This document shows, one piece after another, positions 16,782-25,501 of a stretch of DNA of 32,000 nt. This stretch comes from Candidatus Saccharimonas aalborgensis. GTDB lineage: Bacteria; Patescibacteriota; Saccharimonadia; Saccharimonadales; Saccharimonadaceae. Under the pieces are notes generated by a model, which was not told where the DNA came from, did not search any database, and worked only from the letters and a program-made list of their open reading frames with translations. Location of the stretch: NCBI RefSeq assembly GCF_000392435.1, contig NC_021219.1, positions 840,001-872,000 of the forward strand. The letters run 5' to 3'. The translations under genes were made by a program, and so were the position numbers. Each line of letters begins with the position of its first letter. Position 1 is the stretch's first letter.

Positions 16782-18200
16782 CTAGAGGCGAAATGCTAGA
16801 CGATCAAGGGTTCTCTCTCTTCCCAGCAGCGAAAGCGTGTCGTTTAGTTGTGGGCTAAACGGTGCCCAGGTAGTGACGATTCTGACGAGACTAAACAGTA
16901 CCGCGGGTGATTGACCAGTTTGTTCGAGAAGCCGATTTAGGCATATCTGTAACGCACCTGCTTGCCAATCATCACAGGCTTCAAATGAAGTTTTGACTAG
17001 TTCCAACAGATTGTTTATCTCATCAGCCGATAATTTTTTGAGCTGTTTATTGTCTAAAATTAGTTGTGGCTGAGGGGCCGGATCTTCAAAGAAATAGTTG
17101 GTGAGCATCGGCAGATCTTTGAGCGTCTTGAGGCGGTCTTGGGCAAGAGCTAGGACGCTACGCTTGTAGTCCTCAGGGTGTTTTTTGGCCGACTCTGGCC
17201 AAAAATACTCCACGCGGTTGATAAGATCATCGAGCGGCAGTTCGCGAATAAATTGTCCATTCATCCAGAGTAATCGCTTCTCGTCAAAGCGCGCACCACT
17301 ACGTTGTACGCGGTCGAGACTGAATTTTGTGATCAACTCATCCATCGTGAATACTTCCTGCTCAGTACCATCATTCCACCCCATCGTCGCGATGAAACTG
17401 TCGAGTGTTTCGGGCAAATAGCCATCGCGAATATAATCAAGCACATCTTTGGCGCCATCGCGCTTTCCTAATTTTTTGTTGCCCTGCTCGTTGAGAATAT
17501 GAGGCATATGGGCAAATACCGGATGAGTCAAGCCGAGAGCATCGTAGAGTGCTAGGTAGTTCGGCATACTGCTGATAAACTCTTGGCCACGGATAACATG
17601 TGTCACTTGCATCTCGGCATCGTCGACAATATGCGAAAAGTTGTATGTTGGGTAGCCGTCTGATTTGATGAGAATAAAATCATCGACCACTTCGGAGTTG
17701 GTGGTGATATCCCCCATTACCTCGTCGTGATAGTGATAGGCTTTTGGTTCGGTCTTAAAGCGAAGCGGCTGTGTGCCATCCCAGGCGGGTGGATTGTCGG
17801 GACGATAGTGACGATACAAAAACGCCTGTTTGTGCGCCGTTGCCTGGTCTCGAAATGCTTGAATTTCGTCGGCAGTATAGGGGTCGGCATAGGCACGTCC
17901 GGCGTCGATTAGTTTTTGAGCCCACTGTCGGTATATCTCAAGTCTTTCTGATTGTTTGTAGGGCGCAAACGGACCGCCAATATCAGGTCCCTCGTCATAG
18001 TGGAGTCCAAGTGATTTTAGGCTGGCGATCAGATGTTCTGCGCTGCCCGGCACTTCTCGTTTCTTGTCGGTGTCTTCGAGGCGCAAAATAAATTGGCCGC
18101 CGGCTTGCCTTGCTACAAGAAACGCAAATAAGGCGGTGCGAATACCGCCGACATGCAGATAGCCGGTGGGGCTCGGTGCAAATCGAGTGCGAATAGTCAT
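16782..18200 (-). CDS. gltX: glutamate--tRNA ligase
   Basis: 472 aa with RFAPSPTGYLHVGGIRTALF (HIGH region) and KLGKRDG (KMSKS-equivalent). The architecture is class I GluRS. Confidence 0.9.
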   Translation of the reverse strand: MTIRTRFAPSPTGYLHVGGIRTALFAFLVARQAGGQFILRLEDTDKKREVPGSAEHLIASLKSLGLHYDEGPDIGGPFAPYKQSERLEIYRQWAQKLIDAGRAYADPYTADEIQAFRDQATAHKQAFLYRHYRPDNPPAWDGTQPLRFKTEPKAYHYHDEVMGDITTNSEVVDDFILIKSDGYPTYNFSHIVDDAEMQVTHVIRGQEFISSMPNYLALYDALGLTHPVFAHMPHILNEQGNKKLGKRDGAKDVLDYIRDGYLPETLDSFIATMGWNDGTEQEVFTMDELITKFSLDRVQRSGARFDEKRLLWMNGQFIRELPLDDLINRVEYFWPESAKKHPEDYKRSVLALAQDRLKTLKDLPMLTNYFFEDPAPQPQLILDNKQLKKLSADEINNLLELVKTSFEACDDWQAGALQICLNRLLEQTGQSPAVLFSLVRIVTTWAPFSPQLNDTLSLLGRERTLDRLAFRL

Positions 18201-18207
18201 AGCAGGT

Positions 18208-18216
18208 AGTATAGCA
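18208..18216 (-). promoter_or_regulatory. extended -10 TGCTATACT, 7 nt before the gltX ATG (candidate leaderless promoter)
   Basis: The minus strand reads TGCTATACT ACCTGCT ATG. No SD-like purine run is present. Confidence 0.45.
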
Positions 18217-18251
18217 CGACAAGGGGCTAAGATGCAGGCTACCTGGCGAGC

Positions 18252-19223
18252 CTAAAGACTCGTTGCGACGTGCTCGATTTGATCGGCAGAGAGAGGTGCA
18301 TCGCCCGTAATGGTATAGAGGATGCCGCCGTTGACCCAGGCTGCCCCGGCATTGTAGGAATATATGGTTAGCCCTCCAGTAGTTGATATGGTGTAGTCGC
18401 TACCGGCTTTTTCGCGAACGTAATTTTCTAGGACGGCGGATGAATCCCAATCTGAACGAGACTGAGTGATGGTGTAGCTTTGTGGCCCGGCATTGGCGGC
18501 AAATTTCATGCTCACGGTCCCCTCTTGATAGGCAACAGGACCCGACAAGCTATAGCCAGAGGGTTGATAGCCAGGATAGGTGGCGTTGATACCGGCTTGC
18601 GCCGCCGCCACTCTTGTAGAGAGGCTGGGCATATTGAGGTACGTGACATAGGCGCCGAGGAGGAGTAAGGCCAGTGAACCAGACAACACACTAACAACCC
18701 GACGTGTACGACTCGACTGTTTGACGGGTTTGACTGGCTTTTTGGTGTGAGCAGGCTGCATGGCGGCAGTGGCGGCGGCGATCGCCTCTTGTTTGATAAC
18801 CTGAGATGGCTTAACTGTATATACTGGGAGTTTTTTGGCAGAGAGACGTGTTTCGGTGGCCGAAAGGAGCGGATGAGCAGTCGGAGCGATATCGTGCACT
18901 ACTACTGGGGCTTTCGGATGGTGCTGTGAGGCAAAGCGGGAGATGGTGTGCTGACTGTTGCCATCCTGGATGCGAACTTTTTTGGGTGTCGAGTTACTCT
19001 TAACGGTAGGAGATGCGATATAGCGGCGATTTAGTGTACGTGAATGTTGCGCAGGGGTGTGAACTGCACTGGCATGGTGCTGATGATGACTGGCGGGCAT
19101 CGTCTCGCGCAATCGAATACCAGTATGTTTGTCATACAAGACGCCATTGACTACTATCGTATCTTTACTCATTGTTTCTACCCTCACCGAAAGCTCACTA
19201 TTAGGATACTGCTCGTGGTTCAC
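18252..19223 (-). CDS. hypothetical single-pass membrane protein with beta-rich extracytoplasmic C-terminal domain
   Basis: 323-aa ORF with TM VVSVLSGSLALLLLGAYVTYL. The start is ambiguous: GTG 19223 or ATG 19172 (MSKDTIVVNG, preceded by GGTGAGGG). I recognise no family with confidence. Confidence 0.55.
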   Translation of the reverse strand: MNHEQYPNSELSVRVETMSKDTIVVNGVLYDKHTGIRLRETMPASHHQHHASAVHTPAQHSRTLNRRYIASPTVKSNSTPKKVRIQDGNSQHTISRFASQHHPKAPVVVHDIAPTAHPLLSATETRLSAKKLPVYTVKPSQVIKQEAIAAATAAMQPAHTKKPVKPVKQSSRTRRVVSVLSGSLALLLLGAYVTYLNMPSLSTRVAAAQAGINATYPGYQPSGYSLSGPVAYQEGTVSMKFAANAGPQSYTITQSRSDWDSSAVLENYVREKAGSDYTISTTGGLTIYSYNAGAAWVNGGILYTITGDAPLSADQIEHVATSL

Positions 19224-19280
19224 TCTTTATACTAATGAAACCTGCAGAAATATGCAATAAGCAGTATAATAAGGCTGTCT

Positions 19281-20735
19281 ATGTATCGAACACCCTCAAA
19301 ACGGAAACAGCGTGTACAGTTAACGTTTGTCTATAGTTTAATGACGCTAGCGGTGTTGGTTATCGTGGCTATCTTGGTGTTGGTAATGCAGGGGTATCGC
19401 TACAATGCCCACGACGGGCGTCTCGAGCAAGGGGGCCTTATCCAGTTTGCTAGTCGTCCTGAGGGAGCTTCGGTAACAGTTGATACCGCTAGCCTCGCAA
19501 ACAGAACACCGACGAAAATTACAGCTACCGCAGGTGTTCACACTGTTACACTACTCAAAGATGGGTACCGAAGTTGGCAAAAAAACGTCAAAGTGATTCC
19601 GGGTGGCATACTCTGGCTCAACTATGCCCTGCTCGTCCCCACCACCCCTGAGATAGTTCCTCTTGCGCAGTTTACTTCTATGACGGGAGCAATCACGTCG
19701 CACGATTTCAAATCGGTTCTTGTCAAAGATGCGGCGAACACGCCGACAGTGACACTATTTCATCCTGATGATGATACATTTACCCCAACGCGCATTACTC
19801 TTTCTGACCAGAGCTATACAAAAGCTGCAGCCGGGCTATCGGAACAATTTAGTTTGGTTTCATGGGATGACGATAACCGCTATGTTTTACTGAAACACAC
19901 TTACGGGAGCACTGAGGAATGGCTGGTGCTCGATACCAGCGGCGACCATGCGGTGACGAATGTCACTAAAGCACTCGGTATCACCATTCGCTCAGCAGCG
20001 TTTCGAATTGGCAACAATCGCCAACTGTATGTTATCACCCAGACTGGCGAAGTGCGGCGCGTGGATCTGGCTTCAATGACTATTTCTGGGCCGCTGCTTA
20101 CCGGTATCAGCGAGTTTTCTCAATACGATGCATCAACCCTGACTTATGTCACAGCACTCGATCAACCAACCAAAACCCGCTCTGTTGGCTATCTGACCGA
20201 TGGTGCACGCACACCGCTCACGGTCAAAACCTATACTGACGATGGTGTAGCACCCCTTTCGTTTGCAATCGCGCGCTACTATAACGTCACCTATACGGCA
20301 ATTGGGTATGGTGATTCAGTGGAAATCTCCTCAGGTAATTTGCCAGCAAGCGATAGCGGCAGCCCTCTTGTACTCAAGCCGGTTGCAACAATACCGCAAG
20401 TTGGCTCAGCGAAGCGCGTCGGGTTCTCGCCCAAGGATGCTCGATTTGTTTATGTCAGTACAGATCAGTCAGCTATCACCTATGATCTTGAGCTGCAGGC
20501 GCTCTCTCGGGTGACGTTCGCGGCTGCTCAGAGTAGACCAGTGGCGTGGCTCGATATGTTTCATTTTGCTGATACGAGCGGCGTACTGTATGAGTTTGAT
20601 GGCGCGAACCACCAAGTGGTTATTCCAGGTGCGTTGGCGGTATCACCGGCACTTTCACCCAATGGTAAATACTTTTACGGCTACGTGCCCTCTGCTTCAG
20701 GGGCGCAACTAGTTCGCGTGCAGCTTGCCCAGTAA
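19281..20735 (+). CDS. PEGA domain-containing membrane-anchored protein
   Basis: 484 aa with an N-terminal TM, then SRPEGASVTVD...TPTKI...GVHTVTLLKDGYRSWQKNVKV (PEGA motif), then a long beta-rich C-terminal region. Confidence 0.75.
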   Translation: MYRTPSKRKQRVQLTFVYSLMTLAVLVIVAILVLVMQGYRYNAHDGRLEQGGLIQFASRPEGASVTVDTASLANRTPTKITATAGVHTVTLLKDGYRSWQKNVKVIPGGILWLNYALLVPTTPEIVPLAQFTSMTGAITSHDFKSVLVKDAANTPTVTLFHPDDDTFTPTRITLSDQSYTKAAAGLSEQFSLVSWDDDNRYVLLKHTYGSTEEWLVLDTSGDHAVTNVTKALGITIRSAAFRIGNNRQLYVITQTGEVRRVDLASMTISGPLLTGISEFSQYDASTLTYVTALDQPTKTRSVGYLTDGARTPLTVKTYTDDGVAPLSFAIARYYNVTYTAIGYGDSVEISSGNLPASDSGSPLVLKPVATIPQVGSAKRVGFSPKDARFVYVSTDQSAITYDLELQALSRVTFAAAQSRPVAWLDMFHFADTSGVLYEFDGANHQVVIPGALAVSPALSPNGKYFYGYVPSASGAQLVRVQLAQ

Positions 20736-20737
20736 AC

Positions 20738-21925
20738 CTAGCGGGCACCAAATAATCGTTCGAGAAATGTCGGCGAATTGCTTGGCATAGAGCCGGTCGT
20801 GTTGCCGCCACCGGTTGGTTTGGCGGTAGCTGCTTTTGGATCAGGGCTGATTTGATCGGCAAACACGAGGAGTCGGTTGTTGGCAGTCCCAAGTGGCACG
20901 CAGGTGATGAGGGTGATGATCGGTTTATCAACAGGAAAGGTTAATGCGGAAACATCATTTGGTTTGACTACCTTTGTGCTGGTGATGAGATAGGTATAGC
21001 GCTTACCCTCGTAGTTTATATAGATTGTGTCGCCCTCTCGAAGTTGTTCAAGCCGAGCAAAGATAAACTTGTAATTTCCCTGATCGAGCCAGTCATTGCT
21101 ACTATGACCAGAAAAAACAGCGTTTCCTATCTGGCCCGGTCGGCTGCTGGCACCAGGAATATTGAACCATGCAACACCTTTAGTCATAGCAACGTTGAGT
21201 GAGTTTTGATCACTAGCCACCGCATCCCAGATGATGGGCACCTGGACATTGATTTTTGGCACGATAAGCAGCGGATCGGGCCCGATAGTTGCGTTTTGGC
21301 TCGGATCAACGATAATACTCTGAACGTCAAGGTTTCCTGGACTCACGTACGCTTCAATGTTTGCAAGGAGAACACGGTTGTATTGGAGAAACAAAAACAC
21401 CAACATCACAAATACAGCCGACAACACTGGTACAAAATGGCGACTCTTTCGGACTTGTTTTGCACGAGTGTTGATAGCCTGACGCACGCGACTCCTGAGA
21501 TCATAGATTGCCTCGTCTGTTGTCATTTCTTCTGGCGTCTCATCTGGCTGAGCGGTCTTCGCCTCTGCAGCCAATTGCTGCTTTGTTTGATGTACCTGAC
21601 TCAGATAGTAGCGGGCGTAATACTGTTGGTAATAACTTTGCCAGGCGGTGTGATATTGTTGCCAGATCGAGGGTTCGATATGATGCTGAGTTTCATCGTG
21701 AGTTCGCGCGTAGGGGCTGGGCGCTTCGTCCTGCTGCAATGACAGGGGTGAAATGACCGGCGTTGTCTGTGGAGCTTGTGAAGGAGTGGCGTAAATCGTG
21801 TCAATTTGGTCTCGAATGAGTGATGCGGCCTCCTGAGTACCTTCGCCACGGACATCATGCGTACTCACCGTCTGTCGCGGAGGTATAGCAAGGGCTGGTT
21901 TTGGGCGGGTATCATCTGGGCGCAT
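20738..21925 (-). CDS. sortase family transpeptidase with long N-terminal cytoplasmic region and TM anchor
   Basis: Catalytic TLITC, His in AVFSGHS, Arg in NNRLLVFA. I trimmed the ORF-track start (22129) to ATG 21925 (MRPDDTRPKP) because the upstream part is antisense to tRNA-Leu. Confidence 0.8.
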   Translation of the reverse strand: MRPDDTRPKPALAIPPRQTVSTHDVRGEGTQEAASLIRDQIDTIYATPSQAPQTTPVISPLSLQQDEAPSPYARTHDETQHHIEPSIWQQYHTAWQSYYQQYYARYYLSQVHQTKQQLAAEAKTAQPDETPEEMTTDEAIYDLRSRVRQAINTRAKQVRKSRHFVPVLSAVFVMLVFLFLQYNRVLLANIEAYVSPGNLDVQSIIVDPSQNATIGPDPLLIVPKINVQVPIIWDAVASDQNSLNVAMTKGVAWFNIPGASSRPGQIGNAVFSGHSSNDWLDQGNYKFIFARLEQLREGDTIYINYEGKRYTYLITSTKVVKPNDVSALTFPVDKPIITLITCVPLGTANNRLLVFADQISPDPKAATAKPTGGGNTTGSMPSNSPTFLERLFGAR

Positions 21926-22023
21926 ACTAGTAACTGTCTGCGATATAGTATACAATAACGGATGTGTAATGCCTACATGGTGCTTATGGCAACAAGAGTA
22001 GCGACAATAAAGAATGTGCCGAT

Positions 22024-22110
22024 GGGCTGGTGGCGGAATTGGTAGACGCGCTAGACTCAAAATCTGGTTCATGTACGTGAGTGGGGGTTCAAGTCCCCCC
22101 CGGCCCACCA
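22024..22110 (+). tRNA. tRNA-Leu (anticodon CAA), class II with long variable arm, CCA encoded
   Basis: Hand-folded 87 nt: GGGCTGG TG GCG GAATTGGTAGA CGC G CTAGA CTCAAAA TCTGG TTCATGTACGTGAGT GGGGG TTCAAGT CCCCC CCGGCCC A CCA. Confidence 0.9.
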
Positions 22111-22133
22111 GCAGATTGTTTATTGTCACTCCT

Positions 22134-22192
22134 AATAAAACGAAAACCCGCCCTCGAGGAACGGTCCGAGGCGGATTTGCCTCGAGGACGGG
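22134..22192 (-). terminator. rho-independent terminator of the islet ORF
   Basis: Stem cccgccctcgagg (22147-22159) / cctcgaggacggg (22180-22192), 12 of 13 paired, followed on the minus strand by TTTTCGTTTTATT. Confidence 0.65.
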
Positions 22193-22215
22193 TCTCGTAG
22201 AGCGGGGGTGAGCAG

Positions 22216-22515
22216 CTACCGGCTGCTCGGCGGTGGACTCAGCGTGGGATCGATGTAGGGGCGCAGCCGCGTCATCAGGTCCTGCGCCAATCTCACGCGG
22301 TCATCCTGACGATTGCGCTGACCCCTTGCGATGTGTCCGAGCTGAACGAAGACAGTGTCCCAGTCTTCGGCACCCAGCGCCTCAAGCAGCGTCTCGCTAC
22401 TGCGGCGCATAGTGCGGAACCTCGATGTCTTGCATTGGCCGGCGAGTCGCCGGATGTCGGCTCGGAGGCGCCTGTCGTTGACCTCCACACGACGAATAAC
22501 TCCTGCTGGTTTCAC
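22216..22515 (-). CDS. hypothetical 99-aa Arg-rich protein encoded in the high-GC islet
   Basis: GTG 22515 is preceded by AAGGAG at 7 nt, and the frame shows high GC3. VKPAGVIRRVEVNDRRLRADIRRLAGQ...RLAQDLMTRLRPYIDPTLSPPPSSR. I do not believe the ORF-track extension to 22626, which is AT-rich promoter DNA. Confidence 0.5.
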   Translation of the reverse strand: MKPAGVIRRVEVNDRRLRADIRRLAGQCKTSRFRTMRRSSETLLEALGAEDWDTVFVQLGHIARGQRNRQDDRVRLAQDLMTRLRPYIDPTLSPPPSSR

Positions 22516-22713
22516 GAGTCTACTCCTTTTCTGTCGGGGGTGTAGACTAATATTTTTATAACACATAAATAGAAATACTACAACCCTTGACTTATCTAAA
22601 TCCCAACCCCTCCCCACTCCACACAACCGGCCCGCCGCTAACTAAATCAGCCTTCGCTCTTGGCGGGCCTTGGCCCATCAGGGCCAACTGTCTGTCGGAG
22701 GAGGGGGTGAGAT

Positions 22714-23511
22714 TCAGGTTTGATCTGTAATCAGGCTTGCCGTGAGGGCTTCGAGCGGATGAGAGGGGTTCCATGCCCAGTAGGCTGCGGCGCAGGTCGC
22801 CGTCGTGCCGCGCCAGATAGCGAGCGGGTTTTCCCATGCGGTCGTTGTCACGTTGCCATCATGGGCAACGACAACTGTCTCGCGGTGGAGCACCACCAGC
22901 GTTACCGGGTATGTGATAGTAAACTTATGCACTGCTTCCACGAGCTGCATCAGCTGCATACTGAATGTCAACATCTTTGGATAGTAGACGGCTTGAAAGA
23001 GTTTTTGGAGTTGAGCAAAGGATAGCACCAGTGCCGTGGAGGGACGATTGACAAGAGCGGCGGTGTCGTTTTTGATCAGGTCGATAGCATCTCTGGTGAT
23101 GACCAGTGGTCCACTATAGGTGCGAAGCATATCGGAGTACACGATAGCGGTTTCACTGTTTCGTCCGGCATCACCGACGAGAAGTAGCATCGTTGACCAG
23201 TGAGCAAGTGCTTGCATGTCGGGTAGCGCTTCACGGGAGAGGCTGCCGCTTGGGTTGCTGGGGCTCAAGACAACCTCTGTCATAGACGGTGGGATGGTTT
23301 TTCTCAGAGCATCAGGCAAGAGCACGCGTACTTCCCCTACCCCGCTATCGTGTGCAGTAGAGTATGCTTCGGCAACCGCCGCAAAGCCGAGTTTGTTGCC
23401 GCCAATAATTCCGAGTCGCCCTGCGAGCGCACGTTGCTCTGGTTTACTCCACTCGATATCGGGAAAGAGTGGTTTAGAGGCGGTCTGCTGTTGCCAATAC
23501 GTAGGGGTCAC
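22714..23511 (-). CDS. diverged YjeF C-terminal / carbohydrate-kinase-like protein (NAD(P)HX dehydratase-like)
   Basis: GRLGIIGGNKLGFAAVAEAYSTAHDSGVGEVRVLLP resembles the YjeF_C N-terminal motif (G.vlviGGs..y.GA...A..aAlr.GaG.v.v). I do not see the C-terminal GGxGD motif. Confidence 0.45.
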   Translation of the reverse strand: MTPTYWQQQTASKPLFPDIEWSKPEQRALAGRLGIIGGNKLGFAAVAEAYSTAHDSGVGEVRVLLPDALRKTIPPSMTEVVLSPSNPSGSLSREALPDMQALAHWSTMLLLVGDAGRNSETAIVYSDMLRTYSGPLVITRDAIDLIKNDTAALVNRPSTALVLSFAQLQKLFQAVYYPKMLTFSMQLMQLVEAVHKFTITYPVTLVVLHRETVVVAHDGNVTTTAWENPLAIWRGTTATCAAAYWAWNPSHPLEALTASLITDQT

Positions 23512-24211
23512 CGGCTGCTCCTGTCAGAGTATAGGCAATATTTTTGCGTTCGATCACTACTTTCCACCCCCGTTGTCGTGCGGTATGCAGTAGTTCCACG
23601 GTGGGGTTAAACGCTATGGGGTATGTCACGAGTTCAAGCATGCCGATGTCGCTATCGGAGTCGCCTACGGCAACGCTCTCTGTCAGCGTGAGATCATGCT
23701 CTTTGACATAGTCGCTGATGATAGTTCGCTTGCTGCCGGGAACATAGCGTTCGATCTTGCCGGTGAAGCTATCGCCAGAGCGCTCATAGACGGATCCGAT
23801 ACAATCATCGAACCCATAGCGTGCAGCAAATGGCGCGACAACTTCCTGCTGGGAACCGCTCAGTGCCAGGATATAGTAGCCGTCCTTGCGGAGTTTTTTG
23901 ATGAGCTTGTGAGTATAGACATATATCTTGTGACCACTCTCGGCAACAACTTGATGAGCGGCTTCATCGAAGGCGTGACTGGGAATCGAGGTGAGATTAC
24001 CAACGAGGGTATCGACGACAAATTGTTCGTAGCTCGCGAAGCTGGCCTTACGTGATACCCATTGATTGAAGGATTTGTCGAGCTGTTTAGCTATTTCCTC
24101 ACCGAAATAGCCCTGTTCCTTTAGTTTAAAGACAAGCTCATGATAGAGCTGCCATCGAAACAGCGTCCCGTCGATATCGATGATCGCGAGTGGCTGCTTT
24201 TTACTACTCAT
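23474..24211 (-). CDS. HAD-superfamily hydrolase (subfamily IB, SerB-like)
   Basis: Motif I IIDIDGTLF, motif II LSGSQ, motif IV GDSDSDIGM. 245 aa. Confidence 0.75.
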   Translation of the reverse strand: MSSKKQPLAIIDIDGTLFRWQLYHELVFKLKEQGYFGEEIAKQLDKSFNQWVSRKASFASYEQFVVDTLVGNLTSIPSHAFDEAAHQVVAESGHKIYVYTHKLIKKLRKDGYYILALSGSQQEVVAPFAARYGFDDCIGSVYERSGDSFTGKIERYVPGSKRTIISDYVKEHDLTLTESVAVGDSDSDIGMLELVTYPIAFNPTVELLHTARQRGWKVVIERKNIAYTLTGAAGDPYVLATADRL

Positions 24212-24702
24212 AGAGCCTCCTTTGTCATTACGTCATGGCGTGTTAACTCATACGCATCATCAAACACAAATGTAGCATCGACGATCTTGCCGGCTAGGAC
24301 GTGCGGAAGCCAGTGTTGGTCATCTTGCCACATATTCTCATAGGGAATAGTGTCAATATTGAACCATTTTGGTTTCATTTCCTCGCTTTCGTGTGGATCG
24401 CCTTCCCACTCACGACAGGTATAGACGTGCACATCGATATTTGAATACATGTCGACAGGGGGTTCCTGATAAAAACGCAAGATACCAGCAGGCGTAATAG
24501 CCCTGGCGGTGACCCCCACTTCCTCTTGACACTCACGAACTGCCGCCTGCTCGGGAGTTTCGCCTGGCTCACACTTCCCGCCGGTGCCATTCCATTTTCC
24601 ACTGCCATGGCCGATTTTTTTCATCGCCAAGAGAATCTGGTTGTCTCGCAGTAGAAAGAGCAGTGTTAGTTGGGGGCGTTTCGCGGCAGTGTCAGTAGTC
24701 AT
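24208..24702 (-). CDS. NUDIX hydrolase (MutT-like)
   Basis: Nudix box GGKCEPGETPEQAAVRECQEEVGV. ATGA overlap with the downstream HAD gene. Confidence 0.85.
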   Translation of the reverse strand: MTTDTAAKRPQLTLLFLLRDNQILLAMKKIGHGSGKWNGTGGKCEPGETPEQAAVRECQEEVGVTARAITPAGILRFYQEPPVDMYSNIDVHVYTCREWEGDPHESEEMKPKWFNIDTIPYENMWQDDQHWLPHVLAGKIVDATFVFDDAYELTRHDVMTKEAL

Positions 24703-24712
24703 TGGACCCTCC

Positions 24713-25432
24713 TTACCACCTCAAGGCATTTATCTTTGAGAGGAGCTGTTCGGCCGTTTGTTCATCGCGAAGCACAAATCGCTGCTCAACCACTGTCTTG
24801 ATGGCAGAAGCAGCGTAATCAGGGTTATCTGGTTGATTACAGATGATAGAAGCGTCGGTGTTGGCGAGCAGCCAATCAAGAGATTGGGCGCCCTCTGCGA
24901 GCCGCTTGGCACGGTCTTCTGCGCTCTCAAAGTGACGCCGGTTAAACCACGACTCCCATGCGTCTGGAGGGGCAACGAGGCCGATAAGGCGTACGTCACG
25001 AAACGGTAGACGACGATACATGTCGGTCGAGTTGCTGAGCATTGGGAGGAGATTGAACTCACCAGGATAAGAGGTGTCGAGCGTTCCATAGAGCTCACCC
25101 GTTGTCGGATGAATGACGTAGCTTACGGCGCGTCCCTCTTCGATGAGTGTTACTAGTTCACCTATGCCCTCATCGGTTTTGGCAAACAACTGCATCGTAT
25201 CTGGCGTGTCGTCGGGGCGTGGCTCGCGGGTAGAGATACTGCGAACAGAGCGAAATCGGCTATCATTGTCGGTCAAGTGGTCAATCACGTAATTTTTTCC
25301 GACAGAACACGGGCCAATGATGCCAATAAGCGATTTTGTCCCAAGCTCTGCGCTGACGCGGCTGTTTGGACGATACTCGGGTTGAGATGCTTTTGCTCGT
25401 TCGAAGCGCTGGGTGATACTGGCAGATAACAT
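24713..25432 (-). CDS. guanylate kinase-like P-loop protein
   Basis: P-loop GIIGPCSVGKNYV and STREPRPDD (compare Gmk TTR.pR.gE). GGAGAG SD upstream. The function is not certain. Confidence 0.5.
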   Translation of the reverse strand: MLSASITQRFERAKASQPEYRPNSRVSAELGTKSLIGIIGPCSVGKNYVIDHLTDNDSRFRSVRSISTREPRPDDTPDTMQLFAKTDEGIGELVTLIEEGRAVSYVIHPTTGELYGTLDTSYPGEFNLLPMLSNSTDMYRRLPFRDVRLIGLVAPPDAWESWFNRRHFESAEDRAKRLAEGAQSLDWLLANTDASIICNQPDNPDYAASAIKTVVEQRFVLRDEQTAEQLLSKINALRW

Positions 25433-25501
25433 CTGTTAACACTCTCCTACGGTTAGTCTATTTTTAGTATACAGTAAATCTCTCTCTGGTACACTGAGAC
25501 T

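Larger units (their letters stand above)
22111..22713. mobile_element. high-GC compositional islet inserted directly 3' of tRNA-Leu (probable horizontally acquired cassette)
   Basis: Line 22201-22260 is 41/60 GC against 27/60 for line 19501-19560. The islet holds one ORF with mostly G/C-ending codons, its own AT-rich promoter patch and a GC-rich terminator. It fills exactly the gap between tRNA-Leu and the stop of the YjeF-like gene. Confidence 0.6.

Noticed and set aside
21926-22129. N-terminal 68 aa of the ORF-track sortase ORF (start 22129)
   Set aside because: This part is antisense to tRNA-Leu (22024-22110), for example GRGGLEPP. I trimmed the gene to ATG 21925.
22627-22638. ccggcccgccgc resembling the tRNA-Leu 3' end (ccggcccaccagc) as a possible distal att site of the high-GC islet
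   Set aside because: It is only a ~12-nt match with two mismatches, inside a GC-rich hairpin (ggcccgcc...ggcgggcc) that more likely terminates the YjeF-like gene. This is not distinguishable from chance in GC-rich DNA.
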